Shown in pieces: positions 47,326-57,595 of a stretch of 64,000 bases of DNA (positions are counted from its first letter, which is position 1; the number at the start of each line of letters is the position of its first letter). The DNA is taken from the NCBI GenBank assembly GCA_963741945.1, contig CAVUKA010000001.1, forward strand, positions 960,001-1,024,000, written 5' to 3'. This stretch comes from an uncultured Gemmatimonadales bacterium. GTDB lineage: Bacteria; Gemmatimonadota; Gemmatimonadetes; Longimicrobiales; RSA9. The translations under genes and the position numbers were made by a program. The notes under the pieces are model-generated. The model had not been told where the DNA came from and ran no database searches. It saw only the letters and a program-made list of their open reading frames with translations.

Positions 47326-48665
47326 GCTCCGGCCTCCGCGGGCGCGGAAACGGGCGCCACTCCCGCGTCACGGATCCATGCCGCGAAAGCAGCGCGGGCG
47401 CGATCCACCATCTTCTGGCGCTTCTCGCGCTTCTTGCGGACCCGTTCTTCGAGGGGATCGAGGAGCCCGAAGTTGGAGTTCATGGGCTGGAAGTCCGCTG
47501 GATCGGCGTCGCGCAGGTAGCGGAAGAGCCCGCCGATCATGGTGGTGGGCGGTGGCACGACCGGTTCGAGCCCGGCGACGATGCGGTGCAGGTTGATGCC
47601 GGCCATGACCCCGGACGCGGCGGACTCCGTGTACCCTTCCACGCCCGTGAGCTGCCCGGCGAATACGAGGTCGCGACGCTGTTCTGGCGAGCCGAAGAAC
47701 GTGAGGCACGCCGGGAAGTTGAGGTACGTGTTCCGGTGGATGGAGCCGGTGCGGAGGAACTCGGCCTCCTCGAGGCCCGGGATCATGCGGAACACGCGCC
47801 GCTGCTCGCCCGTGCGGAGGCGCGTCTGGAACCCGACGATGTTCCACATCTGCCCGGTGCGGTCCTCGCGCCTCAGCTGGACCACGGCCCACGGATCGCG
47901 ACCGGTGCGCGGGTCGGGGAGCCCGATGGGCTTCATGGGACCGAAGCGGAGCGTCTCGACGCCACGCTCGGCCATGACTTCCACGGGGAGGCACCCTTCG
48001 AAGAACGGGACGTTCTCCCAGTCGTGCCCGGGATAGACGTCGGCGGCGCGGAGCTCGTGGACGAATGCTTCGTACTCCGACCGTGTCATGGGACAGTTCA
48101 GGTAGTCGTCGCCCTCGCCCTTCCCCCACCGCGATGCGAGCCATGCCCGGCTCATGTCGACGGAGTCGAACGATACGATGGGGGCGATGGAATCGTAGAA
48201 GGCGAGCCCGGTGTCGCCCAGCAGCCGCTGGATCTCCCCCGTCAGCGGCCCGGAGGTCAGCGGACCGGTAGCGATCACCGCAGGTCCGTCCGGGATCGTG
48301 GTGACCTCCGTGCGCTCCACCGTGATGCGGGGATGTCCCTCCATGGCCATGGTCATGCGCCGGGAGAAGCGGACGCGGTCGACTGCCAGCGCAGCGCCGG
48401 CGGGGACACTGGTCACGCGGGCGCAGGCGAGGAGGAGGGAGCCCAGGTCCCGCATCTCGGCCTTCAGCAGGCCGTGCGCGTTGCCCAGGTCCTCGCTCTT
48501 GAAGGAGTTGGTACACACGAGCTCCGCCAGGCCGTCCGTCCTGTGCGCTTCCGTGGAGCGCACGGGGCGCATCTCCAGGAGCACGACGTCGTGGCCGCGC
48601 TCGGCCAGCTGCCACGCCGCTTCACAGCCTGCGAGTCCACCTCCGACTACGGTGACGCTGTCCAT
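47322..48665 (-). CDS. trmFO: Folate/FAD-dependent tRNA U54 methyltransferase
   Basis: GGGLAGCEAA, ELVC.NS, FEGCLP.E, GFQTRL, GVEGY. Confidence 0.96.
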   Translation of the reverse strand: MDSVTVVGGGLAGCEAAWQLAERGHDVVLLEMRPVRSTEAHRTDGLAELVCTNSFKSEDLGNAHGLLKAEMRDLGSLLLACARVTSVPAGAALAVDRVRFSRRMTMAMEGHPRITVERTEVTTIPDGPAVIATGPLTSGPLTGEIQRLLGDTGLAFYDSIAPIVSFDSVDMSRAWLASRWGKGEGDDYLNCPMTRSEYEAFVHELRAADVYPGHDWENVPFFEGCLPVEVMAERGVETLRFGPMKPIGLPDPRTGRDPWAVVQLRREDRTGQMWNIVGFQTRLRTGEQRRVFRMIPGLEEAEFLRTGSIHRNTYLNFPACLTFFGSPEQRRDLVFAGQLTGVEGYTESAASGVMAGINLHRIVAGLEPVVPPPTTMIGGLFRYLRDADPADFQPMNSNFGLLDPLEERVRKKREKRQKMVDRARAAFAAWIRDAGVAPVSAPAEAGA

Positions 48666-48667
48666 GC

Positions 48668-50950
48668 TCACTTCCCCGCCTCCGCCTCGATCGTGTCCGG
48701 CGCCAGCTCGGAGCGACACTGGATGCACCTGTAGAACGCCCCCCTCGCCTTCGTCTTCTTCTCCACCAGGTAGGGCGCCGCGCACACGGGACACGCGACC
48801 GGTACCGGGCGATCCCAGCTCGACCAGTCGCATGCCGGGTAGCGCGTGCACCCCCAGAAGCTCTTGCCGCGGCGCGTCCGCTTCTCGCCGATGTCCCCTT
48901 CTCCGCAGACCGGGCACTTCAGGCCGGGAATCGCGAGGGACCTGGTGAAGCTGCATTTCGGGTGGCTGGCGCAGCCGATGAACGGTCCGTAGCGACCGGA
49001 GCGACGCACCAGCGGGGCGCCACAGTCGGGGCAGGCATCGCCGGTGGGCTCCGGAGCCGGCCGGTCGTTGCCGTCGATGGAGCGCGTGTAGGCGCAGCCC
49101 GGATACCCGGTGCAGCCGACGAAGCGGCCGGACCGGTTCCACCGGATCGCGAGCGGGCCGCCACACTCGGGGCAGGACTCGTCCTCCATCTCCATGACGG
49201 AGCGGACGATCTCGGCACCATTCCGTTTGCCGCGCGCGAGCTGCTGCCGGAAGGGGCCGTAGAACGCGCTCAGCACCGCGCGCCATTCGAGGTCCCCGCT
49301 CTCGATCCTGTCCAGCTCCTCTTCCATGCCACTGGTGAACGCGACATCGAAGAGGTCGGGGAACATCCGGACCAGGACCTTGGCCACCGTGTCACCCAGG
49401 GGTGTGGGGACGAACCGCTTGCGGTCCATCTGCACGTACTTCCGATCCCGCAGCGTGGCGATGATCTGGGCGTAGGTGGATGGTCTGCCGATCCCCTGCC
49501 GCTCCATCTCCTTCACCAGGCTCGCCTCCGTGAATCGCGGGGGCGGCTCCGTAAAATGCTGCTGGGGTCGGAGCTCCCGGAGATCGACGGTGTCACCGGG
49601 GCGCAGCACGGGGAGCGGCGACAGATCGTCCAGGGTGCCGGGCTCACCTTCCTCCCGCGCCTCCCGGTACAGGCGAGTGAAGCCGTCGAACTTCATGATG
49701 GATCCCGTGGCCCGGAACAGGTAGCGGTGCGCGTCGCCCCGGAGATCGAAGTCCACGGTGGTGGTGTCGAAGACCGCCGCCCGCATCTGCCCCGCCATGA
49801 AGCGGAGCCAGACCAGCTCGTAGAGCCGGAACTGGTCACGGTTCAGGAAGCGCTTCACCGCCTCCGGCGCGCGCGTGGGGTCGGTGGGCCGGATCGCCTC
49901 GTGCGCCTCCTGCGCTCCCTTCTGCTGCTTCCCCGCCCAGGTCCGCGGAGCGGGCGGCACGTATGCGGCGCCGAACCGGTTCTCGAGGTAGCCGCGTCCG
50001 GTGGCGGCCGCGGCCGCGGACACGCGCGTGGAATCCGTGCGCATGTACGTGATCAGTCCCGTGGCACCCCCGCCGATCTCGATACCCTCGTACAGTGCCT
50101 GCGCGACCCGCATGGTGCGACGGGCGTCGAAGCCGAGACGCTTGGCAGCGTCCTGCTGGAGCGTCGATGTCGTGAACGGAGGCGGCGGACTCTTCGTCCG
50201 TTCCCTCCGCTTCACATGGTTCACGAGGAAGGGGAGCCCGGCGAGTCCGCGGAGGACCTCGTTCGCCTCCTCGCCGTCACGGATGCGGAACTTCCGCCCG
50301 TCGATCTGATGGAGCTTCGCCTCGAAATCCTGATCGTGGGCGCGGAGCAGCGCGGTGATGGACCAGTACTCTTCCGGCCGGAATGCCCGGATCGCGTCCT
50401 CGCGCTCGGCGATGAGTCGGAGCGCGACGGTCTGCACCCGGCCGGCGCTCAGTCCGGGGCGGATCGGCCTCCAGAGGAGCGGGCTGACCTGGTAGCCCAC
50501 GAGGCGATCGAGGATGCGGCGGGCCTGCTGCGCCTCCACCTTGCGCATGTCGAGCGGCTCCGGCCGGGCCAGCGCCCGCCGGACGGCGTCCCTGGTGACC
50601 TCGTGGAAGCGCACTCGCTGGAAGCTCCCATCACGGCGGCCAGGGTCGAAGCCGAGCTGCTCGGCCACGTGGAACGCGATCGCCTCGCCTTCCCGGTCCG
50701 GGTCCGTGGCCAGCACGACCCGGCGGACCCCGTGGGCCGCGCGGGCGAGATCCCGCAGCACTTTCCCCTTTCCCCGGATCGTGACATAGCGCGGCTCGAA
50801 GCCCGCCTCCACATCCACGCCCAGCTCGCGCTCGGGGAGGTCGCGGACATGACCCACCGAGGCCCTGACCGAATATCCCGCCCCCAGGTACCTCTCGATC
50901 GTGCGCGCCTTCGCTGGCGACTCCACGATCACGAGGGTATCAGCGCTCAT
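48668..50950 (-). CDS. topA: DNA topoisomerase I
   Basis: IVESPAKA, ATDPDREGE, SAGRVQ, ITYMRTDS, four C-terminal Cys4 zinc ribbons. Confidence 0.98.
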   Translation of the reverse strand: MSADTLVIVESPAKARTIERYLGAGYSVRASVGHVRDLPERELGVDVEAGFEPRYVTIRGKGKVLRDLARAAHGVRRVVLATDPDREGEAIAFHVAEQLGFDPGRRDGSFQRVRFHEVTRDAVRRALARPEPLDMRKVEAQQARRILDRLVGYQVSPLLWRPIRPGLSAGRVQTVALRLIAEREDAIRAFRPEEYWSITALLRAHDQDFEAKLHQIDGRKFRIRDGEEANEVLRGLAGLPFLVNHVKRRERTKSPPPPFTTSTLQQDAAKRLGFDARRTMRVAQALYEGIEIGGGATGLITYMRTDSTRVSAAAAATGRGYLENRFGAAYVPPAPRTWAGKQQKGAQEAHEAIRPTDPTRAPEAVKRFLNRDQFRLYELVWLRFMAGQMRAAVFDTTTVDFDLRGDAHRYLFRATGSIMKFDGFTRLYREAREEGEPGTLDDLSPLPVLRPGDTVDLRELRPQQHFTEPPPRFTEASLVKEMERQGIGRPSTYAQIIATLRDRKYVQMDRKRFVPTPLGDTVAKVLVRMFPDLFDVAFTSGMEEELDRIESGDLEWRAVLSAFYGPFRQQLARGKRNGAEIVRSVMEMEDESCPECGGPLAIRWNRSGRFVGCTGYPGCAYTRSIDGNDRPAPEPTGDACPDCGAPLVRRSGRYGPFIGCASHPKCSFTRSLAIPGLKCPVCGEGDIGEKRTRRGKSFWGCTRYPACDWSSWDRPVPVACPVCAAPYLVEKKTKARGAFYRCIQCRSELAPDTIEAEAGK

Positions 50951-51497
50951 CATCCTCCAGGTCACCGGCCCGGAGCCGGCGGACGACCTCGTCCGCCACG
51001 GCCCCCGGGTCCTTCCCGTCCACGTCCACCACCAGCTCCGCTTCGGCATAGCGCGGCTGGCGCTCCGCGAGGAGCGCGCGCGCCCGATCGACACGGCCTT
51101 CGGCACCACCGAGGAGCGGCCGATCCACGGAATCGGCCTGCGCGCGCCGCACCGCTTCTTCGGGTGTGACCCTGAGCCAGACCCGGACGGTGCCGCTGCC
51201 GAGGGCGGCGGTCAGTTCGGGGCGGGCGGCCCAGCCACCACCCGGAGCGATGACCACGTAGCGACGCCCCGCCAGGCTGCCGGTCAGCTCACGCTCCATG
51301 ATCCGGAAGGCGGCCTCGCCACTCTCGCGGATCACGGCTGCGGGCGACCGCCCCGCGCGCTCCGTGACCAGGACGTCCAGATCGATGAAGGACCAGCCGA
51401 GGCGCTCGGCCAGCAGCGGCCCCACCGTGCTCTTGCCTGCGGCCATGAATCCCACGAGCACTATTCGCTCCGGGAGCGGGGCACCGCCATGGCTCAT
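50940..51497 (-). CDS. aroK: Shikimate kinase
   Basis: [22 protein letters not shown]. Confidence 0.93.
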   Translation of the reverse strand: MSHGGAPLPERIVLVGFMAAGKSTVGPLLAERLGWSFIDLDVLVTERAGRSPAAVIRESGEAAFRIMERELTGSLAGRRYVVIAPGGGWAARPELTAALGSGTVRVWLRVTPEEAVRRAQADSVDRPLLGGAEGRVDRARALLAERQPRYAEAELVVDVDGKDPGAVADEVVRRLRAGDLEDDER

Positions 51498-52747
51498 CCG
51501 GCCCCCGACTCGAACGGCCCTTGCTCCGCGGTGTCCGGTGCCACGGCCCGGCCCATCCGCTCCAGCTCATCGCCGTAGGCGGCGGCGTTGCGCAGCAGCT
51601 CGCCCATGGAGTCGCCGCCGAACTTCTCCAGCACGGCGTCCGCCAGCACCATGGCCACCATGGCCTCGCCGACCACGCCGGCCGCGGCCAGCGCGGCCAC
51701 ATCGCTCCGCTCGCGGATGGCGTCGGCGGGCTTCTTGGTGCGCAGGTCGACGCTCGCCAGGGGCCGCATGAGCGTGGACAGCGGCTTCATGGCGACGCGG
51801 GCCACGAGCGGAGCGCCCGTGGTCATTCCGCCCTCCAGGCCGCCAGCCCGATTCGTGAGGCGCTTGTACCCACCCGTGGTGCGTATGCTCCAGGCGGGGT
51901 CGTAATGGATCTCGTCGTGCACGGCCGACCCCCTGCGAGCCGCCGCGCGGAAGCCGAGCCCGATCTCCACGCCTTTCATGGCCGGAATGGACATGAGCGC
52001 GCCGGCCAGGCGGCCATCGAGCCGGCGGTCCCATGCGACGTAGCTGCCGAGGCCGGCCGGCAAACCCTCCGCCACCACCTCGAACTCGCCGCCGAGCGTG
52101 TCGCCCGCCTGGCGGGCGGCGTCCACGGCTTCGATCATGCGCCGCTCCGCCGCGGGATCCAGCGTGCGGAGGGGGGAGGCGTCCGCACCGGCGTTCAGAT
52201 CCTCGGGCCAGTGCTCGGGAGGATCGGCCTCCACATCGCCGAGGCGCACCACATGACTGCCGATGCGGACGCCCAGCTCGCCCAGGAGCCGACGCGCCAC
52301 CGCGCCGGCCGCGACGCGGGCCGCGGTCTCCCGCGCGGACGCCCGCTCGAGGATGTCGCGCGCGTCCTCGCGCCCGTACTTGAGCACGCCCACCAGGTCC
52401 GCGTGCCCGGGACGCGGCAGGTAGACCCGACGAAGGTCGTGGTCCGACGCGCCCGGCTCCGGCGGCTCCGTGCCCATGGCCACGCGCCAGTTCTCCCAGT
52501 CCCGGTTCCGGATCAGGAGCGCGATCGGCGCGCCAATGGTCTCACCGAGACGGACGCCGGCAAGGAGCTCGGCACGATCCTGCTCGATGGCCATGCGCCC
52601 GCCCCGCCCGTAGCCACCCTGGCGGCGGCGAAGCTGGGGATCGATGTCGCGCTCCGCCTCCAGCGAGAGTCCCGCGGGCACGCCCTGGACCAGCGCGATC
52701 AGGCCCTGGCCGTGGGATTCGCCAGCCGTGCTGTACGTGAAGTGCAT
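51494..52747 (-). CDS. aroC: Chorismate synthase
   Basis: [31 protein letters not shown]. Confidence 0.97.
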   Translation of the reverse strand: MHFTYSTAGESHGQGLIALVQGVPAGLSLEAERDIDPQLRRRQGGYGRGGRMAIEQDRAELLAGVRLGETIGAPIALLIRNRDWENWRVAMGTEPPEPGASDHDLRRVYLPRPGHADLVGVLKYGREDARDILERASARETAARVAAGAVARRLLGELGVRIGSHVVRLGDVEADPPEHWPEDLNAGADASPLRTLDPAAERRMIEAVDAARQAGDTLGGEFEVVAEGLPAGLGSYVAWDRRLDGRLAGALMSIPAMKGVEIGLGFRAAARRGSAVHDEIHYDPAWSIRTTGGYKRLTNRAGGLEGGMTTGAPLVARVAMKPLSTLMRPLASVDLRTKKPADAIRERSDVAALAAAGVVGEAMVAMVLADAVLEKFGGDSMGELLRNAAAYGDELERMGRAVAPDTAEQGPFESGAG

Positions 52748-52822
52748 GTTCGTGTCCGTGCGGCGCTCACACCCTGTCCCGCGCCGCTCGAGCCCGGAAA
52801 GTCGGGCGGATCGGCGGGGCCG

Positions 52823-52853
52823 GAAAACAACGAAGCCCCCGCGTGCGGGGGCT
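52823..52853 (-). terminator. Terminator after pilQ
   Basis: agcccccgc/gcgggggct stem with GTTGTTTT tail on the minus strand. Confidence 0.7.
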
Positions 52854-52899
52854 CCGGAGCATGTGGAACCGTGGACCTGTCGTCAACAGGCCGCGGGGA

Positions 52900-54690
52900 T
52901 CACGTCCCGCCGGACCGGTCAATGTAGGGTGTGACCATGATCAGCAGGTCCTGCTTGGATGCCGTCTTGTAGGTGTTCCGGAACAGGGCGCCGATCACCG
53001 GAATGTTCATGAGGATCGGGATCCCCTGCAGCGTGGTCTTCATGTCCGTGGTGGTGAGTCCGCTGATGACCGCGGTCTCGCCGTCGTTGAGCAGGATCTG
53101 GGTGTCGGTCTGCGACGTGCCGAAGACATAGCCGCCGTCCGACGAGAAGCTCTCTATGTTGGAGCGCTCGGCGTGCATCTGCAGGAGCACCTGGTCGGCG
53201 ACCACGTGCGGGGTGACATCGATGATCACACCCGTCTGCTCCATTCGCACCTGGGCCTGCGGACCGTTGCCCGAAGCTGCGCCCTGGTCCACCACGCGGA
53301 TGGGTGTGCGCTCGCCGACGTGAACCTTGGCGGTCCGGTTGTCGAGCACCGTCACCACCGGGTCCGCCTGGAGCTCCGCGAGCTCGAGGCGCTCCACGGC
53401 TTCCAGCCAGGCCACCACCGCGTGGCGCCCGAGGATCAGCGACGTGAGCACCTCGAACGTGGGCTGCTGGATCCGCTCCGCGGCGTTCCCCACCGCGGCG
53501 ATGCTGTTGCCCGTCAGTGTCACCATTTCCGAAGGCGCGTCGACCTGCTCCCCGTCGTCCACCCGCCCGTTCAGGTTCGCATCGTCCCACCCCGGCGTGA
53601 GCCGGTTCACCATGTTCCCCTCGGTGTCCTTGATCTCGTAGTGGATCCCGAGGCCGTCGAAGTCGCTGCGCCGGATCGACAGGATCCGCACCTGCACGGT
53701 GACCTGCGGAGTCCGCTTGTCCAGCGACGGAATGAGCTTGCGCAGCCGATTCACCGTGGACTCGCCGGCAGAAACGATCAGCGAATTGGTGGCCCGGTTG
53801 ACGGCCACGCTGCCGGTGGTGTTCTCGCCCTGCGCCAGGAGCTGCTTGACCTGACCGGCGACGGAATCGGCGGCCACGAACTCGAGCGGGAACGCTTCCG
53901 TGACGGTGGCCTCCTGCTGCTCGACCTGCCGGCGCTGCTCGAGCGAGGTGACCATGATGATGCCGCTCGACATCTCGTCGGCGACCAGGCCCTGGCCGGC
54001 CAGGATCGCGCGCATGGCCTCATCCCAGGGCTGATCCTGGATCGTGGCCGTGACCGCCTGGCTCGTGACGCCCTTGCCCGGGACGATGCTCCGGCCCGCG
54101 AAGTCCGCGAACGTGCCGAGCACGTCGACGATCGGAGTATTGCGGAACTCCACCGTGATGCGCGGCTGCTGGGGCTCCGGTGCCTCGATGATCGACGGGC
54201 GCGTGAGTGCGACGGCCCGAACGGCGGCCGCATCCGCGGTCACCCCCGCGGGCCGGGGCTCCGGCGCCGGGGACGGGGGCGCCTGCGTGGCCGCGACCCC
54301 GCCTGCGCCGGTGCTCCACGCCTCGAAGGGCCCGGTGGGATTGGGGAACGAGATCCGGACGACGTCTCCATCGTCGTCGATCTCGTAATCGACAGCCTGG
54401 GACAGGTCCACGACCACCCGCACCACACCGGCCTGGAACTGGCTCGAACGGAGGGCGACCACGCCGCCGCGATCGATATCCATGAACCGTCGGCCGGGCA
54501 GCGCGAACTCCGAGCCCATCAGGTCCACCACGATGCGCGGCGGTCCGGACAGGATCTGGTGCTGGTAAGTGACGTGGGCATCCGTCCGGATCAGGACGTC
54601 CGTCCGGTCTCCGGACGAGACGACGCTCAATCCGTGAACGCCCGCCAGGGCCGTCAGCAGAAAGGCGCGTAGCGCCATCATGGGGATCAT
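52900..54690 (-). CDS. pilQ: Type IV pilus secretin
   Basis: AMIN domain, N domains, secretin signature GIPIL..IP.IG.LF; last gene of pilMNOP. Confidence 0.92.
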   Translation of the reverse strand: MIPMMALRAFLLTALAGVHGLSVVSSGDRTDVLIRTDAHVTYQHQILSGPPRIVVDLMGSEFALPGRRFMDIDRGGVVALRSSQFQAGVVRVVVDLSQAVDYEIDDDGDVVRISFPNPTGPFEAWSTGAGGVAATQAPPSPAPEPRPAGVTADAAAVRAVALTRPSIIEAPEPQQPRITVEFRNTPIVDVLGTFADFAGRSIVPGKGVTSQAVTATIQDQPWDEAMRAILAGQGLVADEMSSGIIMVTSLEQRRQVEQQEATVTEAFPLEFVAADSVAGQVKQLLAQGENTTGSVAVNRATNSLIVSAGESTVNRLRKLIPSLDKRTPQVTVQVRILSIRRSDFDGLGIHYEIKDTEGNMVNRLTPGWDDANLNGRVDDGEQVDAPSEMVTLTGNSIAAVGNAAERIQQPTFEVLTSLILGRHAVVAWLEAVERLELAELQADPVVTVLDNRTAKVHVGERTPIRVVDQGAASGNGPQAQVRMEQTGVIIDVTPHVVADQVLLQMHAERSNIESFSSDGGYVFGTSQTDTQILLNDGETAVISGLTTTDMKTTLQGIPILMNIPVIGALFRNTYKTASKQDLLIMVTPYIDRSGGT

Positions 54691-55163
54691 CGCTCGCTTC
54701 CTCCTCCACTCTTCTTGAGCTCCAGCATTTCCTGCCGCACGTTCCCGAAGCTGTTCACCGCGAACACCACGCGCAGCGGTCCGATCTCCACGACCCGCGT
54801 ATCGCCCAGCACATCCCCCACGCGCACCCGGTGCACGCGGCCGGACCCGTCACCCAGCAGGGCCAGACTGCCGCCCGGGCCGGTGGAGTAAATGATCCCC
54901 TGCAGGCTCAGCTCCTCGAAGCGGGTACCCGCCTCATCGTCCGCGCTCAGAGCGTGGAAGGGATCCCGGTGGCCGCGGCCGTCGTACGTGAAGACCTCCC
55001 GGTCATAGACCAGGGTCAGCTTCGACGCGTCCGTGGTGGCCTGAGGCGCCGCGGGCTTCGAGCCGGCGGCCTGGGCCCGGAGGAGCGAGGGCGCGACCGC
55101 GCTGGCCGCGACCGCGACCAGGGCCACGAGCATCCGTGAGTTACGCACCGGTGGGTCCTCCAT
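54687..55163 (-). CDS. PilP-like protein
   Basis: RDPF motif, L.L.GII, V.VGD; lies between pilO and pilQ; no lipobox Cys. Confidence 0.65.
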   Translation of the reverse strand: MEDPPVRNSRMLVALVAVAASAVAPSLLRAQAAGSKPAAPQATTDASKLTLVYDREVFTYDGRGHRDPFHALSADDEAGTRFEELSLQGIIYSTGPGGSLALLGDGSGRVHRVRVGDVLGDTRVVEIGPLRVVFAVNSFGNVRQEMLELKKSGGGSER

Positions 55164-55755
55164 CGTTGGCGGCGGCCGGCGGCGCGGGGTGGTCCGGCAG
55201 GACGTACGTCTCGATGACGAACGTCGCCTGGATCCGCTCCCCGCCGGAGCGATCGGTTTCGTTGCGCGGCATGAGCTGCAGGTCGAGAGGCGTGATGATC
55301 CGCGGCAGCGATCCGATGCTGGACAGCAGCCGCCCGATGTTGTGATACGTGCCGTAGACGGTCAGGTCGAACGTGCGCCGGTCGTAGTGCGGCCCCGGCG
55401 TGCTCTGACCCGGGCGGAACACGGCCACGTCCACCCCCACGCGCTCCGCGGACTGGTTGATCTGGTTCAGCAGCTGCGAGACTTCCTCGCTGCGCGGGAC
55501 CAGCTCCTCGAGCCGATCGATGTGCTTCTCGAACTCGGCCAGCCGCTGCTCGAGCTGCTCACCTTGCACCGAGCGCACGCGGGCCGACGCGTTCTGCGTC
55601 TCCAGTCGCTCGACGTGAGTGCGCAGGTCCGTGAGCTGCGTGGTGTACTTCCCGTGGAGGAAGTACATGTACGCGCCGAGCAGGAGGAGCGGCAGCACCC
55701 CGATCGCGAGCCGCTTCTGCTGCGCGGGATCGTCAGGGAGTCCCAGAAGTGCCAT
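55141..55755 (-). CDS. pilO: Type IV pilus protein PilO
   Basis: TM plus coiled coil, VP...EV..LL, G.YH.IG.LL..I..LPRI. Confidence 0.88.
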   Translation of the reverse strand: MALLGLPDDPAQQKRLAIGVLPLLLLGAYMYFLHGKYTTQLTDLRTHVERLETQNASARVRSVQGEQLEQRLAEFEKHIDRLEELVPRSEEVSQLLNQINQSAERVGVDVAVFRPGQSTPGPHYDRRTFDLTVYGTYHNIGRLLSSIGSLPRIITPLDLQLMPRNETDRSGGERIQATFVIETYVLPDHPAPPAAANDGGPTGA

Positions 55756-56440
55756 GGCTCGTCTCCATTCCTGCCGTGAGCGTGTCGCCGGCCGAAGCCG
55801 GGAAGAGCGACACGGTCTCGATCATCTCCGTCGGCGGCTGCTCGAACCGTCCGGTGAGCAAGAAATTGTTCGCGACCTTGCCGCTGCCCCGACCGCCCAC
55901 CGTCACCTGCTCGCTGGACACGAGCTCGATGTTGCGCAGGAATGGGCTCGCCTCGAGCGCGTCCATGAAGCGCGTGAGGGCGGGCAGCGTGCCGGTCAAG
56001 CCCTGGATCTGCAGGGACGGCACCGTTCCCCCGTCGACCTGGTAGATCCCCGTCAACCATGTATAGGGCGGGAGGGCGAGGCTGACCTCGTCCAGGATGT
56101 GGGGCCAGACGTAGCGGCCCGCGTCGATCTCCTGAATGATGGTCAGCTTCTGCGCGATCGTGTCCTGCCTCGCCCGCAGGTGCTGCTGCGTCTCGATGAC
56201 CCTGGCGTAGCGCGCGGAATCCGCGACGGCCTGGTCGAGGGCCACCTGCGTATCCCCGATCCTGGCATGCACGCTGAAGAACAGCCATGCGATGGCGATG
56301 GGTCCAATGACCCACGCGGCGAGAATGAACCCGCGCATGCGGTCGAAGGGGCCGGCCGACCCCGGGAGCTTCAGCGGGAACCGGCCAGGGGCCTTCTTCC
56401 GCTGCTTCTGTGCGCCAGGGAACAGATTGATCTCAATCAT
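55733..56440 (-). CDS. pilN: Type IV pilus protein PilN
   Basis: IEINL.P motif, TM, coiled coil, LP...WL. Confidence 0.88.
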   Translation of the reverse strand: MIEINLFPGAQKQRKKAPGRFPLKLPGSAGPFDRMRGFILAAWVIGPIAIAWLFFSVHARIGDTQVALDQAVADSARYARVIETQQHLRARQDTIAQKLTIIQEIDAGRYVWPHILDEVSLALPPYTWLTGIYQVDGGTVPSLQIQGLTGTLPALTRFMDALEASPFLRNIELVSSEQVTVGGRGSGKVANNFLLTGRFEQPPTEMIETVSLFPASAGDTLTAGMETSHGTSGTP

Positions 56441-56451
56441 GATCGCGTCGC

Positions 56452-57492
56452 TCAGGCCCTCCGCATCGCGAGACCGACCGGGAGCATCAGCATGGGTGCC
56501 ACCTCGTCGACCGCGATTTCCAGGTTCACGTCCGGGTGAACGGCCACCCGCTCCAGGGGGTTGGCGAGCTGTGTGGCAACGCCCAGTCGCTCCCCAAGCG
56601 CGGCCACGACGCCCGGGACCCGGGCGCCGCCACCGCACAGGAACACCTGCGCCACGCCCTCGCCGCCGGACTGCGCCGTGATGAAGGCGATGGCCCGCTC
56701 GATCCCCACCGCAAGCTCGTCCACCCGCTCCGTCACGAACGCTTCGAGATCCACCGCATCCTCGCGTCCCTGGATCACGTCCTCCGCCTGCTCGGCAGTG
56801 AGGCCGCGCTCGCGCTGAAGGGACTCGCGGATGCGGCGCGAGCCGAAGGGAATGTCCCGGACGACGACGGGGACGCCGTCGTCGAGGATGTTCACGTTTG
56901 TGGTTTCGTGGCCCACGTTCACCAGGGCCACCATCCCGCTCATGCGGTCCGGATACCCCTGCTCGAATGCGTTGTGGAGCGCGAAGGCGTCCACGTCAAT
57001 GACGGCGGGAGAAAGGCCCGCGTCGGCGAGGAGCGCCAGTCGATTCTCGATCAGCTCCCGCTTCGCCGCGACCAGGAGCACCGACATCTGCGGATCGGTG
57101 GAGTCCGGATCGAGGATCTGGAAGTCGAGCTGGACGCTCTCCATGTCGAACGGGACGTGCTGGTGCGCCTCCCAGCGGATGAGGTCGCGGGCTTCCGCCT
57201 CGTTCATGCGATCCATCTGGATCTTCTTGATGATCACGTCGTGGCCACCGACCGCAGCGACGACCTGCTGCTTTCCGAGCCCGGCAGCATCGGCGACGGA
57301 GCGGATGGTCTCCGCCACGAGGACGGGGTCCATGACCTCGCCTTCGACGATGGCATCCGCGACCAGCGGGCTGGTGGCGATCTTGGTGATCTCGGGGTCA
57401 CCCTTGGAGTGATCGACGACCACGAGCTTGACGAATCCGCTCCCGATGTCGAGCCCCGCTGTGACCTTGCTCCGGCCGAACAGTCCCATCAT
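56452..57492 (-). CDS. pilM: Type IV pilus actin-like protein PilM
   Basis: GLDIGS..VK, LLVAAK, IDVD.FAL, GGGA, GLA.R. Confidence 0.93.
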   Translation of the reverse strand: MMGLFGRSKVTAGLDIGSGFVKLVVVDHSKGDPEITKIATSPLVADAIVEGEVMDPVLVAETIRSVADAAGLGKQQVVAAVGGHDVIIKKIQMDRMNEAEARDLIRWEAHQHVPFDMESVQLDFQILDPDSTDPQMSVLLVAAKRELIENRLALLADAGLSPAVIDVDAFALHNAFEQGYPDRMSGMVALVNVGHETTNVNILDDGVPVVVRDIPFGSRRIRESLQRERGLTAEQAEDVIQGREDAVDLEAFVTERVDELAVGIERAIAFITAQSGGEGVAQVFLCGGGARVPGVVAALGERLGVATQLANPLERVAVHPDVNLEIAVDEVAPMLMLPVGLAMRRA

Positions 57493-57537
57493 CAGGAATC
57501 CGCGTTGTCGGGGAAGGCCGTTGTGGTGGAATGCTTT

Positions 57538-57566
57538 AGACTACGTCCGCCACCCTGGCCTGTCAA
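57538..57566 (-). promoter_or_regulatory. sigma70 promoter of pilMNOPQ
   Basis: TTGACA-N17-TAGTCT. Confidence 0.7.
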
Positions 57567-57595
57567 TGATGAACCGGCCCTGCCATCCCGGGCAC

